Shown: one piece after another, positions 1 through 9,023 of the stretch | Position numbering within the stretch: the first letter of the stretch is position 1 | How the letters are laid out: the number at the start of each line of letters is the position of its first letter | From: an uncultured Thiobacillus sp. | GTDB lineage: Bacteria; Pseudomonadota; Gammaproteobacteria; Burkholderiales; Thiobacillaceae | NCBI GenBank assembly: GCA_964466195.1 | Contig: CAYXMQ010000009.1 | Coordinates: forward strand, 20,568-84,567 | Length of the DNA stretch: 64,000 nt | Direction of reading: 5' to 3' | The notes under the pieces: generated by a model | Database searches by the model: none | What the model was told of the DNA's origin: nothing | What the model saw: the letters and a program-made list of their open reading frames with translations, nothing else | Program-made: the position numbers and the translations under genes

Positions 1-97
1 AGCCCGGCATCGTCGTCGCGCCGCAGCCCGTAGCGACAGCCTTCGTCGATGCGCTTGCGGCCCAGACGTCGTGGTTGACTGCGGCGATGGCTTCCAT
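1..97 (-). CDS. 5' end of an unidentified gene that runs off the left edge (partial)
   Basis: cat at 95-97 is a minus-strand ATG. The frame stays open to position 1. Hand translation: MEAIAAVNHDVWAASASTKAVATGCGATTMPG. Only 32 codons are visible. Confidence 0.3.
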   Translation of the reverse strand, partial: MEAIAAVNHDVWAASASTKAVATGCGATTMPG

Positions 98-442
98 GGC
101 ATCGCTGAGCAGTTCGGCGGCGCGCGCTATTTCTTCCGTGCTCGGGATTGGCGGTCTGTAGGCCTGCTGCCGTCTGCTAGGGGCCAAAGAACCGTCACCG
201 GTTCTTCGCCGGCGCCAATGACAGAAACGGGTCGGATGCCGACATCTGATCAATGTAGGCTGGATGGGCGTTTCGGCCGATCAGAAGTCACCAACATTGC
301 TAGCCGGAAGGGCTAAATGGGGTTGAACCCGACACAGGCGCCACTCACCAACTCCGGGCAACCCGTGCAAACGGATACCGCGCCAGCCCGTTAAACCTTG
401 AAACAGCTGACACCGAATACCCGTCTGCCTTCGTCCCAATGC

Positions 443-2071
443 CTAAAGTTGCTGGCCGTGCTCGCGCGTGTTGTGGAATTTCACCTTCGGCCAGCGCTCC
501 ATCGCCAGGCTCAGATTGACCCGGTTGTCGGCCAGATAGACCAGGTTGTCATCGACGTCGCGCGCCAGCCGCATCTGCTGCGCCTTGACGAATTCCGCCA
601 GGTGGGCGGCGTCGTCGCAGGTCACCCAGCGCGCGGTATGAATGCCGGAGCGTTCAAACACCGCATCGACGCCGTATTCGGCCTTCAGCCGATGTTCCAC
701 CACTTCGAACTGCAACTGGCCGACCGCGCCCATCAACAGACTGCTGTCGACCAGCGGTGCAAACACCTGGATTGCGCCTTCCTCGCCGAGTTCACGCAGA
801 CCCTTCTGCAGCTGCTTCGATTTCAGCGGGTCGCGCAGGCGCGCCTTGCTGAACATGTCCGGCGCGAAGTAGGGGATGCCCTTGTAGGTCAGCAGTTCGC
901 CTTCGGTCAGCACATCGCCGATCTGCAACTGGCCGTGGTTGTGGATGCCGATGATGTCGCCGGCATAGGCTTCCTCCATGCGCGAACGCTCGTTGGCCAT
1001 GAACACCACGGCGTTGGCGATCTTGATTTCCTTGCCGGTGCGGCGGTGCTTGACCTTCATGCCCGGCGAGTACTGGCCGGAACAGACGCGGAAGAACGCG
1101 ATGCGGTCGCGGTGGTTCGGGTCCATGTTGGCCTGAATCTTGAACACGAAGCCGGTGAACGCCGGCTCGTCCGGCTCGACCCGCCGCGCCTCGCCATTCG
1201 CGGCCACCGCTTCGCGGGGTTGCGGCGGCGGCGCCCAGTCGACCAGCGCGCGCAGCACTTCGCGCACGCCGAAGTTGTTGATGCCGGAACCGAAGAACAC
1301 CGGCGATTGTTTGCCGGCGAGAAAATCCTCGAGATGGAACGCCGCGCCGGCGCCGCGCACCAGTTCGATTTCGCCGTCCATGGTTTCGAATTCCATCGGA
1401 AATTGCGTGCGCAGTGCATCGATTTGCGCGCCGCGCAGCGTCTCGAAATCCTGGCCGGCTTTTTCCTCGCCGGGTGCAAAGCGCAGCACTTCGTCGTTGA
1501 TCAGGTGGTAGACGCCGTGAAACCGCTTGCCCATGCCGATCGGCCAGGTCACCGGCGCGCAATGCAGCTTCAGCACCGATTCGATTTCGTCGAGCAGTTC
1601 GAGCGGATCGCGTACCTCGCGGTCCATCTTGTTGATGAACGTGATGATCGGCGTGTTGCGCAGGCGGCAGACTTCGAGCAGCTTGATGGTCTGCTCTTCC
1701 ACGCCTTTGGCGGCATCCACCACCATCACGGCGGCATCGACGGCGGTCAGCACGCGATAGGTGTCTTCCGAGAAATCCTTGTGGCCGGGCGTGTCGAGCA
1801 GGTTGATGACGCAGTCGTCATAGCCGAACTGCATGACCGAACTGGCTACCGAAATGCCGCGCTGCTTCTCCACTTCCAGCCAGTCCGAAGTGGCGTACTT
1901 GCCGCTCTTGCGCGCCTTCACGGTGCCGGCCATCTGGATGGCGCCGCCGAACAGCAACAGCTTCTCGGTCAGCGTGGTCTTGCCCGCGTCGGGGTGGGAA
2001 ATGATCGCGAAGGTGCGCCGTTTGGCGACCTGGCGGGCGATGTGGGAGGCAATCGGAGATTCTGGGTTCAT
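443..2071 (-). CDS. prfC: peptide chain release factor 3 (GTPase)
   Basis: ORF 443..2116(-). Internal ATG at 2071 gives MNPESPIA... GTPase motifs [17 protein letters not shown] and NKMD are present. Length is 542 aa. Confidence 0.95.
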   Translation of the reverse strand: MNPESPIASHIARQVAKRRTFAIISHPDAGKTTLTEKLLLFGGAIQMAGTVKARKSGKYATSDWLEVEKQRGISVASSVMQFGYDDCVINLLDTPGHKDFSEDTYRVLTAVDAAVMVVDAAKGVEEQTIKLLEVCRLRNTPIITFINKMDREVRDPLELLDEIESVLKLHCAPVTWPIGMGKRFHGVYHLINDEVLRFAPGEEKAGQDFETLRGAQIDALRTQFPMEFETMDGEIELVRGAGAAFHLEDFLAGKQSPVFFGSGINNFGVREVLRALVDWAPPPQPREAVAANGEARRVEPDEPAFTGFVFKIQANMDPNHRDRIAFFRVCSGQYSPGMKVKHRRTGKEIKIANAVVFMANERSRMEEAYAGDIIGIHNHGQLQIGDVLTEGELLTYKGIPYFAPDMFSKARLRDPLKSKQLQKGLRELGEEGAIQVFAPLVDSSLLMGAVGQLQFEVVEHRLKAEYGVDAVFERSGIHTARWVTCDDAAHLAEFVKAQQMRLARDVDDNLVYLADNRVNLSLAMERWPKVKFHNTREHGQQL

Positions 2072-2202
2072 GTCGGCTGAAGCGGCTTCGAAGCAAGGGC
2101 TCGATTCGAGTCCCAAGCGGTCATTTCTGGCTGGTGAAAACGTGCTGGAATGTGGCAGCGGCCTAGCGGCCGCGTTGCGCCACCAGGGCTGACATCGCGG
2201 AC

Positions 2203-2479
2203 GCTAGCCGCCTGTCGGACTTTCCCTGTGAGACGCGTTGAGCGTAGAAGCGGACGGATGCAAGGCGCGGCGCGCGGGCAATGGTTGTTCCATTGCCAAG
2301 CGTCGCAACGCCGCAGACGCCACTTCTGCGCTCAACCCTCCGGGCCGGGGGCGCTTTCGGCGCGGGGCCGCGTTGCGACTCGCTTATTTGGAATGACCAA
2401 ACCGCGCTTCGTCGCGCCTTGCCCCGCGCCCAAATCACCCCCGGCGCGCTCACGTGGAAAGTCCGACAGGCTGCTCGGC
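2203..2479. repeat. MITE-like element: ~30-nt terminal inverted repeats around a nested-hairpin core
   Basis: 2203-2232 (gctagccgcctgtcggactttccctgtgag) is the reverse complement of 2449-2479 (ctcacgtggaaagtccgacaggctgctcggc) at about 25/30 positions. Internal inverted repeats lie at 2237-2250/2323-2336 and 2277-2297. It contains no credible ORF. Confidence 0.6.
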
Positions 2480-2503
2480 CGCTGCTGCGGAACGGGCAGG
2501 GTA

Positions 2504-3424
2504 TCAGCTGTTTTGCTGAATACCCGCCACCACCCAGCCCTGATTGCCGGCGAGCGGCTTGGTCATGTGCCAGATTTCGTCAAACGAGGTGGTTGCTTCG
2601 TCGTCCTCGCGCAGCGTGCCGTAGAAGCGCACGCTGACGATCTGGCGATTGCCTTCTTCCAGCGCTTCCAGCGTTTCGGCGTTGATCGTCATCACTTCGG
2701 TGCGCTGCGCCTTGCCTTGGCGCTCGTCGATGTCCATCTTCAATTCGGCGTACATCTCCGGCGTGGTGAACTCGCGCAGGTCATCCAGGTTGCCGGCGTC
2801 GTTGGCGGATTGCATGCGGATGAAGTTGACCTTGGCCTGGCGTGCGAAGGCGACTTCATCGAAACCGGGCGGGAAACTTGCAACCGCAGGGGCCGTTGCA
2901 GCGCTCGCGGCGGCTACATCGTTCTGGCCGGATTTGTCGTAGATGCTGCCCGGAACGACCGTGCCGCCCGCAGGCGCTTCGAAACGCATCGGCTGCGGCG
3001 TGTTCTGCTCGGCACCGGCGGCTTGACCCGCATACTGCAGCGGACGTTGCAGCGCCGGCTTGTTGCGGTTCAGGAACCAGCGCACCAGCATGAACGCGGC
3101 GAAAGCCAGCAGCGCCATCATCAGGATGTTGGCGACGCCTTCACCCAGGCCGAAATGCGACAGCAGCGCGGCAATGCCGAGACCGGCGGCGAGGCCGGCG
3201 AGCGGGCCCATCCAGTTGCGCTTCGGCGCAGCGCCGGCGGCGGCGTTCTGTCCGGGCGCCGGGGTGTTCTGCGCTTGTTGCGGACTGGCGTCGCGCTTCA
3301 TCGGGGTGGCCTGACGTTGCATGCCGAACGACTTGCCGCCGCCCATGCGCTTCGCTTCGGCGTCATGCGTCGGCAACGCGAACGCGAGGAACAGTGCGAA
3401 CAGGGATAAAAGTATGCGTTGCAT
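2504..3424 (-). CDS. Tim44-like domain membrane protein
   Basis: Signal-like N-terminus MQRILLSLFALFLAFALPTHDAEA. A Gly/Ala-rich hydrophobic segment is followed by a C-terminal region typical of bacterial Tim44-domain proteins. Confidence 0.75.
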   Translation of the reverse strand: MQRILLSLFALFLAFALPTHDAEAKRMGGGKSFGMQRQATPMKRDASPQQAQNTPAPGQNAAAGAAPKRNWMGPLAGLAAGLGIAALLSHFGLGEGVANILMMALLAFAAFMLVRWFLNRNKPALQRPLQYAGQAAGAEQNTPQPMRFEAPAGGTVVPGSIYDKSGQNDVAAASAATAPAVASFPPGFDEVAFARQAKVNFIRMQSANDAGNLDDLREFTTPEMYAELKMDIDERQGKAQRTEVMTINAETLEALEEGNRQIVSVRFYGTLREDDEATTSFDEIWHMTKPLAGNQGWVVAGIQQNS

Positions 3425-3529
3425 CAGGTCAATCTCCAGGTGAATACAGTTGCTAAAGTGGCGTCGAAGCGGCGCTTTACAAGCGGCCGCATTGTACCTG
3501 CTTGTGCAGGGCAGGCTGTGCCTGAGATG

Positions 3530-4795
3530 TCATCCTGTGCCGGATGGTTCCCGTGCGCGGCCGTTCAGCCAGGCCAGCGCGCCGGCGCCGGCGACGCGGC
3601 CGCTGGCGAAACAGGCGGTAAGCAGATAACCGCCGGTGGGCGCTTCCCAGTCCAGCATTTCGCCGGCGCAGAACACGCCGGGCAGCGCGTTCAGCATCAG
3701 GCCTGCGTCCAGGGCTTCGAAGCGCACGCCGCCGGCGCTGCTGATGGCTTCATCGAGCGGGCGCGGCGCGATCAGTTTCAGCGGCAAGGCCTTGATCGCG
3801 GCGGCCAGCCGCAGCGGGTCGGCGTAGGCGTCGGCCGGCAACACCTCGCGCAACAGCCCGGCCTTGACGCCGGTGATGCCGGCGCGGCTTTGCAGATGGC
3901 TGGACAGCGAACGCGAACCGCGCGGATGCGCGACTTCGGCGATGACGCGCTGCAGGGATTTGCCCGGCGCCAGATCGAGCACGACCTGCGCGCTGCCGTC
4001 GCCGGCGATGGCGTCGCGGATCGCGGCGGAGGCGGCGTAAATCAGGCTGCCCTCGACGCCGTTCTCGGTCACCACGCATTCGCCCTGGCGCTGAAAACCG
4101 GCAAAGCTCAACGTCACCGACTTCAACGCGTGGCCGGCAAAGCGGCGGCGAAAGTGTTCGCTCCAGCCCACGTCGAAACCGCAGTTCGACGGTTTCAACG
4201 CGGCGACGTCGACGCCGCGCGCCTGCAGCAGCGGCACCCAGGCGCCGTCCGAGCCGAGGCGGGCCCAGCTGCCGCCGCCCAGCGCCAGGATCACGGCGTC
4301 GAATGTCCGCGTCGTTTCGGCGGTCGGGTCGGCCGGATCGGCGAAGCGCAGCGCGCCTTGTCGGTTCCAGCCCAGCCAGCGCTGCCGGACATGGAAACTC
4401 ACCCCGGCGGCGCGCAGACGATGCAGCCAGGCGCGCAACAACGGCGCGGCTTTCATGTCGGCCGGAAACACGCGGCCGGAACTGCCGACGAAGGTGGCGA
4501 TGCCGAGGCCATGCACCCAGGTGCGCAAAGCGTCCGGCCCGAACACCTCGAGCAAGGCCTCAATATTCGCCTGGCGCCGGCCGTAGCGTGCGAGGAACGG
4601 TGCGCGCGCTTCGGAATGGGTCAGATTCATGCCGCCTTTGCCGGCAAGCAGGAATTTGCGCCCGACCGACGGCATCGCATCGAACAGATCGACTTTGACG
4701 CCCGCCCTGGCGCCGGCCTGGCTCAACACTTCGGCGGCCATCAGTCCGGCCGGACCGCCGCCGATGACGGCGACGCAGGGAAGGGGGTGCGGCAT
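3530..4795 (-). CDS. NAD(P)/FAD-dependent oxidoreductase, HI0933/TIGR03862-like flavoprotein
   Basis: VAVIGGGPAGLMAAE dinucleotide-binding motif right after the ATG at 4795. The upstream part of the ORF (GVS at 4897) looks non-protein-like. Confidence 0.8.
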   Translation of the reverse strand: MPHPLPCVAVIGGGPAGLMAAEVLSQAGARAGVKVDLFDAMPSVGRKFLLAGKGGMNLTHSEARAPFLARYGRRQANIEALLEVFGPDALRTWVHGLGIATFVGSSGRVFPADMKAAPLLRAWLHRLRAAGVSFHVRQRWLGWNRQGALRFADPADPTAETTRTFDAVILALGGGSWARLGSDGAWVPLLQARGVDVAALKPSNCGFDVGWSEHFRRRFAGHALKSVTLSFAGFQRQGECVVTENGVEGSLIYAASAAIRDAIAGDGSAQVVLDLAPGKSLQRVIAEVAHPRGSRSLSSHLQSRAGITGVKAGLLREVLPADAYADPLRLAAAIKALPLKLIAPRPLDEAISSAGGVRFEALDAGLMLNALPGVFCAGEMLDWEAPTGGYLLTACFASGRVAGAGALAWLNGRAREPSGTG

Positions 4796-5654
4796 GACGA
4801 CGACTTGGTCGGGTTGGAGACATGCGATTATCCTGCTTATCACTCTGAGCCTCTCCCGACTTGTGCACGCTGCGCTGCCCCACCCCCTGATCGACACTCA
4901 CTGCCACCTCGACGCCGGCGAATTTGCCGCCGATCGGGATGCCGTCTACCGCCGGGCGCGCGACGCCGGGGTGGCTATCCAGATCATTCCGGCGGTGACG
5001 CGCGCCGGTTTCACCTCAGTCGAAGCCGTGTGCCGCCGCTACCCCGGCTGTTTGCCGGCCTGGGGCATGCACCCGATGTACATCCAGGTGCACCGTGAGG
5101 CGCATTTGGCCGATTTGCGCGCCCAGATCGATGCCTGGCGGCCGCCGGCGATCGGCGAGATCGGGCTGGATCTGTTCGTGCCTGATCTCGACTTTGTCAC
5201 GCAGGAATATTTTTTCGTCGAACAACTCAAGATCGCCCGCGATTTCGATCTGCCGGTGCTGCTGCACTGCCGTCGCGCCAATGATCAGATTCTGAAGCAA
5301 CTGCGCCGCTTCAAGCTCAAGGGCGGCATCGCCCACGCCTTCAGCGGCAGTCGGCAGCAGGCCGAGACTTATCTCAAGCTGGGATTCAAGCTCGGTTTCG
5401 GCGGCGCCTTCACCTGGACACGGGCGACCAATCTGCGCGCCTTGGCCGCCGATCTGCCGTTGGACGCCCTCGTGCTGGAAACCGATAGCCCGGACATGCC
5501 GCCGGCCTGGATCGGCAACGGAGGCCGCAACGAACCGGCCGAAGTCGCGCGCATCGCCGTTTGCCTGGCCGAGTTGCGCGGCATCGATGCGGCGGAAGTC
5601 ATCCGCCAGACCGGCTCGAATGCACGCCAGGTGTTGCAGTTGGCGGAGCGATGA
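4794..5654 (+). CDS. TatD-family metal-dependent hydrolase / DNase
   Basis: LIDTHCHLD motif and TatD-like sequence throughout. The start is ambiguous: ATG 4794 has an upstream aagggggtg SD-like run, and GTG 4863 lies just before the HxH motif. Confidence 0.8.
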   Translation: MTTTWSGWRHAIILLITLSLSRLVHAALPHPLIDTHCHLDAGEFAADRDAVYRRARDAGVAIQIIPAVTRAGFTSVEAVCRRYPGCLPAWGMHPMYIQVHREAHLADLRAQIDAWRPPAIGEIGLDLFVPDLDFVTQEYFFVEQLKIARDFDLPVLLHCRRANDQILKQLRRFKLKGGIAHAFSGSRQQAETYLKLGFKLGFGGAFTWTRATNLRALAADLPLDALVLETDSPDMPPAWIGNGGRNEPAEVARIAVCLAELRGIDAAEVIRQTGSNARQVLQLAER

Positions 5655-5673
5655 AGCCGGCTATCGATTCGGG

Positions 5674-6225
5674 CTATTGATACAGATTCAACGTGAATCG
5701 CTCGCCCAGTGCGGCGCGTATCTCCGCCAGAGTCAGATGGCGCATCAACGCGTTGCCCGGCGCGTTTTGATTGCTCATGCAGGTCAGCGCACGCACGGAT
5801 TGAAGAGGGTCGCGCAACCGGAACGCGGTCTTGAAATAAATATGCGTCGGCGAATCGTCGTTGCCCAAACTGACGCGCCGGTTCAGCCAGCCTGACGGAC
5901 TGACCGGCATTCCAGCGATTGTCTCGATGCTGCGCGAAATGGCGACGATGGCGAAATCGCCGGGCGCGACGGTCTGGTTTTCAGAACGCACGCTTTCGAT
6001 TTCGAAGACGCAGAACGGGTCATGTTCCTGCACTGCGTTGCGGGCGACGATGCGGCCGTATTGCAGGCGCGCAGTGGCGGCGCCGGCTTCGATGGACAGC
6101 GCTTCGCGTAGTTGCAGCGAGCCGAGCTCGCGTGCGCCGCTGTCCGGCCTGCCGGCGCAGGCGCTCAGCGCGGCCAGGGCAACGAAGTAGGGGAGGGCGA
6201 GGTAGAAGGCGGCGAGGCGACGCAT
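5674..6225 (-). CDS. hypothetical lipoprotein
   Basis: MRRLAAFYLALPYFVALAALSAC has a lipobox (LSAC). I recognise no family. Confidence 0.55.
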   Translation of the reverse strand: MRRLAAFYLALPYFVALAALSACAGRPDSGARELGSLQLREALSIEAGAATARLQYGRIVARNAVQEHDPFCVFEIESVRSENQTVAPGDFAIVAISRSIETIAGMPVSPSGWLNRRVSLGNDDSPTHIYFKTAFRLRDPLQSVRALTCMSNQNAPGNALMRHLTLAEIRAALGERFTLNLYQ

Positions 6226-6243
6226 GCGCGTTATCATGCACCC

Positions 6244-6684
6244 ATGTCCCACCGTTCGTCATCCGTTCCATTTGACCCGCCCGCCGCGGCGCGTTTGCGC
6301 ATCGATAAGTGGCTGTGGGCGGCCCGCTTCTTCAAGACCCGCGGGCTGGCGCAAGAGGCGGTCGAGGCCGGCCGCGTCCGTCTGCTCCAGGCCGGCGCCG
6401 CCGACCATTCGGGTGACCGGGTCAAGGCCAGCCGTGAGGTGCGCCTGGGCGACGTGCTGCAGATCCAGGTCGGCGATCTGGTCTGGGTCGTCACGCTGCG
6501 CGGCCTTTCCGATAAGCGCGGTCCGGCGCCGGTGGCGCGCGAGCTGTACGAAGAATCGCCGGCCAGTCTGGCGGCGCGCCTGGCGCAGATCGAGACCCGG
6601 CGAGTACAGGCGGAACCCAGCCACAGCATCAAGGGCCGGCCGACCAAGAAGGATCGGCGGCTGATTCATCGTTTCACTGAATAA
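6244..6684 (+). CDS. hslR: S4-domain ribosome-associated heat-shock protein Hsp15
   Basis: Start at ATG 6244 (MSHRSS...). RIDKWLWAARFFKTRGLA is the typical Hsp15 S4 motif. Confidence 0.8.
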   Translation: MSHRSSSVPFDPPAAARLRIDKWLWAARFFKTRGLAQEAVEAGRVRLLQAGAADHSGDRVKASREVRLGDVLQIQVGDLVWVVTLRGLSDKRGPAPVARELYEESPASLAARLAQIETRRVQAEPSHSIKGRPTKKDRRLIHRFTE

Positions 6685-6702
6685 GGCGTCTAGGCGTTGA
6701 GC

Positions 6703-7932
6703 ATGATTGAACAAACTATCGAAACCGTGGACTGTGTCGTGGTCGGGGCCGGTGTCAGCGGCCTGGTGTCGGCGGCGCGCATGGCGAATGCCGGCCGCCG
6801 TGTCCTGGTGCTGGAGGCGTCGCCGCGTGTCGGTGGCTGCATTCAAAGCTGGCGGCTGCGCGACGAGGTCGAGAATGGCGCCGCAGGAGCGGATTTCTGG
6901 CTCGAACTCGGCGCCCACACCGCTTACAACTCCTACTCGCAATTGCTTGAAGCGTTGCAGCAGCGCGGCCGGCTGGATGACCTGCTGCCGCGCGAAAAAC
7001 TCGGCTACCGCTTCGTCGGCGCCGATGGCAGGCTGCAATCGCCGCTCAAGCGGCTGAATTTTTTCCAGGCGGCGCTTTCATTACCGTTCGGCATCGGCAA
7101 GGCGAAGCCCGGGCGCAGCGTCGCGGAATGGTTTGGCGGCCTGCTCGGGCGCGGCAATTATCGGCGTCTGCTGGCTCCGGCTTTCGCGGCTGTTCTGTCG
7201 CAGCCGGCGGATGCCTTCCCGGCCGAATGGTTGTTCCGGCGCAAGCCGCGCATGCAGTCCGCGCCGCGAAAATACAGCTTTCCCGGCGGCTTGCAGGGTC
7301 TGCTGGAGGCCCTCGTCGACGGCGCGGCCTATGCCGTGCGCTATCAGGCCGGCGTCAGTGCGGTGAGCCGGAGCGAGGACGGCTATCGGGTGCAAACCGC
7401 CGCCGGGCCGATCGCCTGCCGGCAATTGATTCTGGCGGTGCCGGTCGATGCCGCCGCCGTCCTGCTGGGTGACGTGCATGCCGACATTGCGCGCGACTTG
7501 CAGACTTTCCCGATGTCCAGCAGCGAGGCGCTGGGCGTGGTGCTGCCGGTCGGCAAGTCCAGTTTGCCGGCGGTGGCAGGCTTGATCGGCGTGGATGACG
7601 ATTTCTGGTCCGTGGTCACGCGCGATCCGATTCCGCACGACAATTTGCGCGGTTTCACCTTCCATTTCCGGCCCGGAGGCCTGAGCCTGGAGGCCAAACT
7701 GGCCCGCGCCGCGGCGGTGCTGGGCGTATCGGCGGCCGATTTTCTGCATGTGCGCACGGCGACCAATCGTCTGCCCGCCCCGGGCGTCGAACATCCCCGC
7801 CGCGTCGCGGCGATCGACGTCAAGTTGGCGCGCGAACAGGTGGCCTTGGTCGGCAATTATCTGAATGGCCTGTCCATCGGCGACTGCGCCGAGCGGGCGG
7901 CCGGCGAAACGGCGCGTCTGCTGGCTTTGTAG
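6703..7932 (+). CDS. FAD-dependent oxidoreductase (amine oxidase / protoporphyrinogen oxidase-like fold)
   Basis: DCVVVGAGVSGLVSAARMANAGRRVLVLEASPRVGG Rossmann motif. The track start at 6697 is TTG; the first ATG is at 6703. Confidence 0.7.
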   Translation: MIEQTIETVDCVVVGAGVSGLVSAARMANAGRRVLVLEASPRVGGCIQSWRLRDEVENGAAGADFWLELGAHTAYNSYSQLLEALQQRGRLDDLLPREKLGYRFVGADGRLQSPLKRLNFFQAALSLPFGIGKAKPGRSVAEWFGGLLGRGNYRRLLAPAFAAVLSQPADAFPAEWLFRRKPRMQSAPRKYSFPGGLQGLLEALVDGAAYAVRYQAGVSAVSRSEDGYRVQTAAGPIACRQLILAVPVDAAAVLLGDVHADIARDLQTFPMSSSEALGVVLPVGKSSLPAVAGLIGVDDDFWSVVTRDPIPHDNLRGFTFHFRPGGLSLEAKLARAAAVLGVSAADFLHVRTATNRLPAPGVEHPRRVAAIDVKLAREQVALVGNYLNGLSIGDCAERAAGETARLLAL

Positions 7933-7943
7933 AGGAGCTACCC

Positions 7944-8501
7944 ATGGCAAGTGTATTGATACCTTTGGCCCCCGGTTTTGAAGACCTGGAAGCCGTCACG
8001 CTGATCGATCTGCTGCGCCGCGCCGGCATCGATGTGGTCACCGCCGGCCTGCAACGCGGCCTCATCCAAGGCAGTCGCGGTACGCGCATCGAACCGGATG
8101 CCTATCTCGACGACGTGCTGACGCGCGATTTCAATCTCATCGCGCTGCCCGGCGGCCTGCCCGGCGCCGAACATCTGCGCGACGACGCCCGCGTGCAGAC
8201 GCTGCTCAAAAAAATGGCCGCGGCCGGGCGCTACACTACGGCGATCTGCGCTGCACCGATGGCGCTGGCAAAAGCCGGTTTGCTGGACGGCAAGCGGGCC
8301 ACCGCCTATCCCGGTGTGCTTGATGCGCTCAAACTGGCCGATACCCGCAGCAGTCCCGATGCGGTGGTGGTGGATGGCAAAGTAGTGACTTCCCAAGGTC
8401 CGGGCACCGCGATGGATTTCGCGTTGACCCTGATCGAATTACTGAAAGGCGCTGCGATGCGGCAGCAAGTCGAAGCCGGCCTGGTGCGTCGGTCGGATTA
8501 A
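7944..8501 (+). CDS. DJ-1/PfpI family protein (YajL/ThiJ-like)
   Basis: agaggag RBS upstream. The AICAAP nucleophile-elbow Cys motif is present. Length is 185 aa. Confidence 0.85.
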   Translation: MASVLIPLAPGFEDLEAVTLIDLLRRAGIDVVTAGLQRGLIQGSRGTRIEPDAYLDDVLTRDFNLIALPGGLPGAEHLRDDARVQTLLKKMAAAGRYTTAICAAPMALAKAGLLDGKRATAYPGVLDALKLADTRSSPDAVVVDGKVVTSQGPGTAMDFALTLIELLKGAAMRQQVEAGLVRRSD

Positions 8502-8523
8502 TCACCAGCAGGAGGAATGCAGC

Positions 8524-8961
8524 ATGTTGATACGTGAAGTGCTTTCAGTAAAAAGCGGTGCGGAAATCATCGGCGTCGATCCCGATGCCTCGCTCGCCGA
8601 GGCGGTTCGACTCATGGCCGAACATGACATCGGCTCGCTCGCGGTATTGCGCGACGGCGCCTTGCTGGGTTTCATCACCGAACGCGGCATCCTGCGCGGC
8701 ATGCATGCGCACGGTTGGGCGAGCAGCGAGCTGAAGGTCAGCGAGTTGATGGAAAAGGAACCGCTGGTGGCGAGTCTGGAGGATTCGGTCGATTACGCGC
8801 GCGATGTCATGACCAAGAGCCATACCAGCCATCTGGTCGTGCTCGACGGCGAGACTTTGTCCGGCGTGATTTCCTTTCACGACGTCGCCCGCGCCTGCCT
8901 GAAAGAAGCCAACTTCGAGAACTCGCTGCTCAAGCGCTATATCAAGAACTGGCCGGAGTGA
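8524..8961 (+). CDS. CBS domain-containing protein
   Basis: aggagga RBS upstream. Tandem CBS-pair pattern (two repeats ending ...GIL / ...GVISFHDV). Length is 145 aa. Confidence 0.8.
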   Translation: MLIREVLSVKSGAEIIGVDPDASLAEAVRLMAEHDIGSLAVLRDGALLGFITERGILRGMHAHGWASSELKVSELMEKEPLVASLEDSVDYARDVMTKSHTSHLVVLDGETLSGVISFHDVARACLKEANFENSLLKRYIKNWPE

Positions 8962-9023
8962 AGGCGGGCCTCGATCCGCCGGTCCGGATGAATCTGCAGC
9001 GAAGCCGTGCCGCGGGCTCCGGA

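Noticed and set aside
319-331. tRNA T-arm-like string ggggttgaacccg, and more generally the 345-nt non-coding stretch 98-442. That stretch includes an 8-bp hairpin, aagaaccg-tcac-cggttctt, at 187-206.
   Set aside because: No acceptor, D or anticodon arms can be built around it. The region is most simply the prfC terminator plus the promoter/leader of the left-edge gene. I could match nothing in it to a known RNA family by eye.
398-2080. Very long ORFs antisense to or overlapping well-supported genes. Examples: 398..2080(+), 13014..14429(-), 16028..17773(-), 21018..23138(-), 28526..30361(-), 35843..37864(+), 38929..40713(-), 44448..45947(+), 47537..49027(+), 49665..51155(-), 57760..59253(-), 61432..63303(-).
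   Set aside because: These are typical stop-codon-poor shadow frames of a high-GC genome. Their translations are Arg/Ala/Gly/His-rich with no recognisable motifs. Each lies opposite a gene with clear family signatures.
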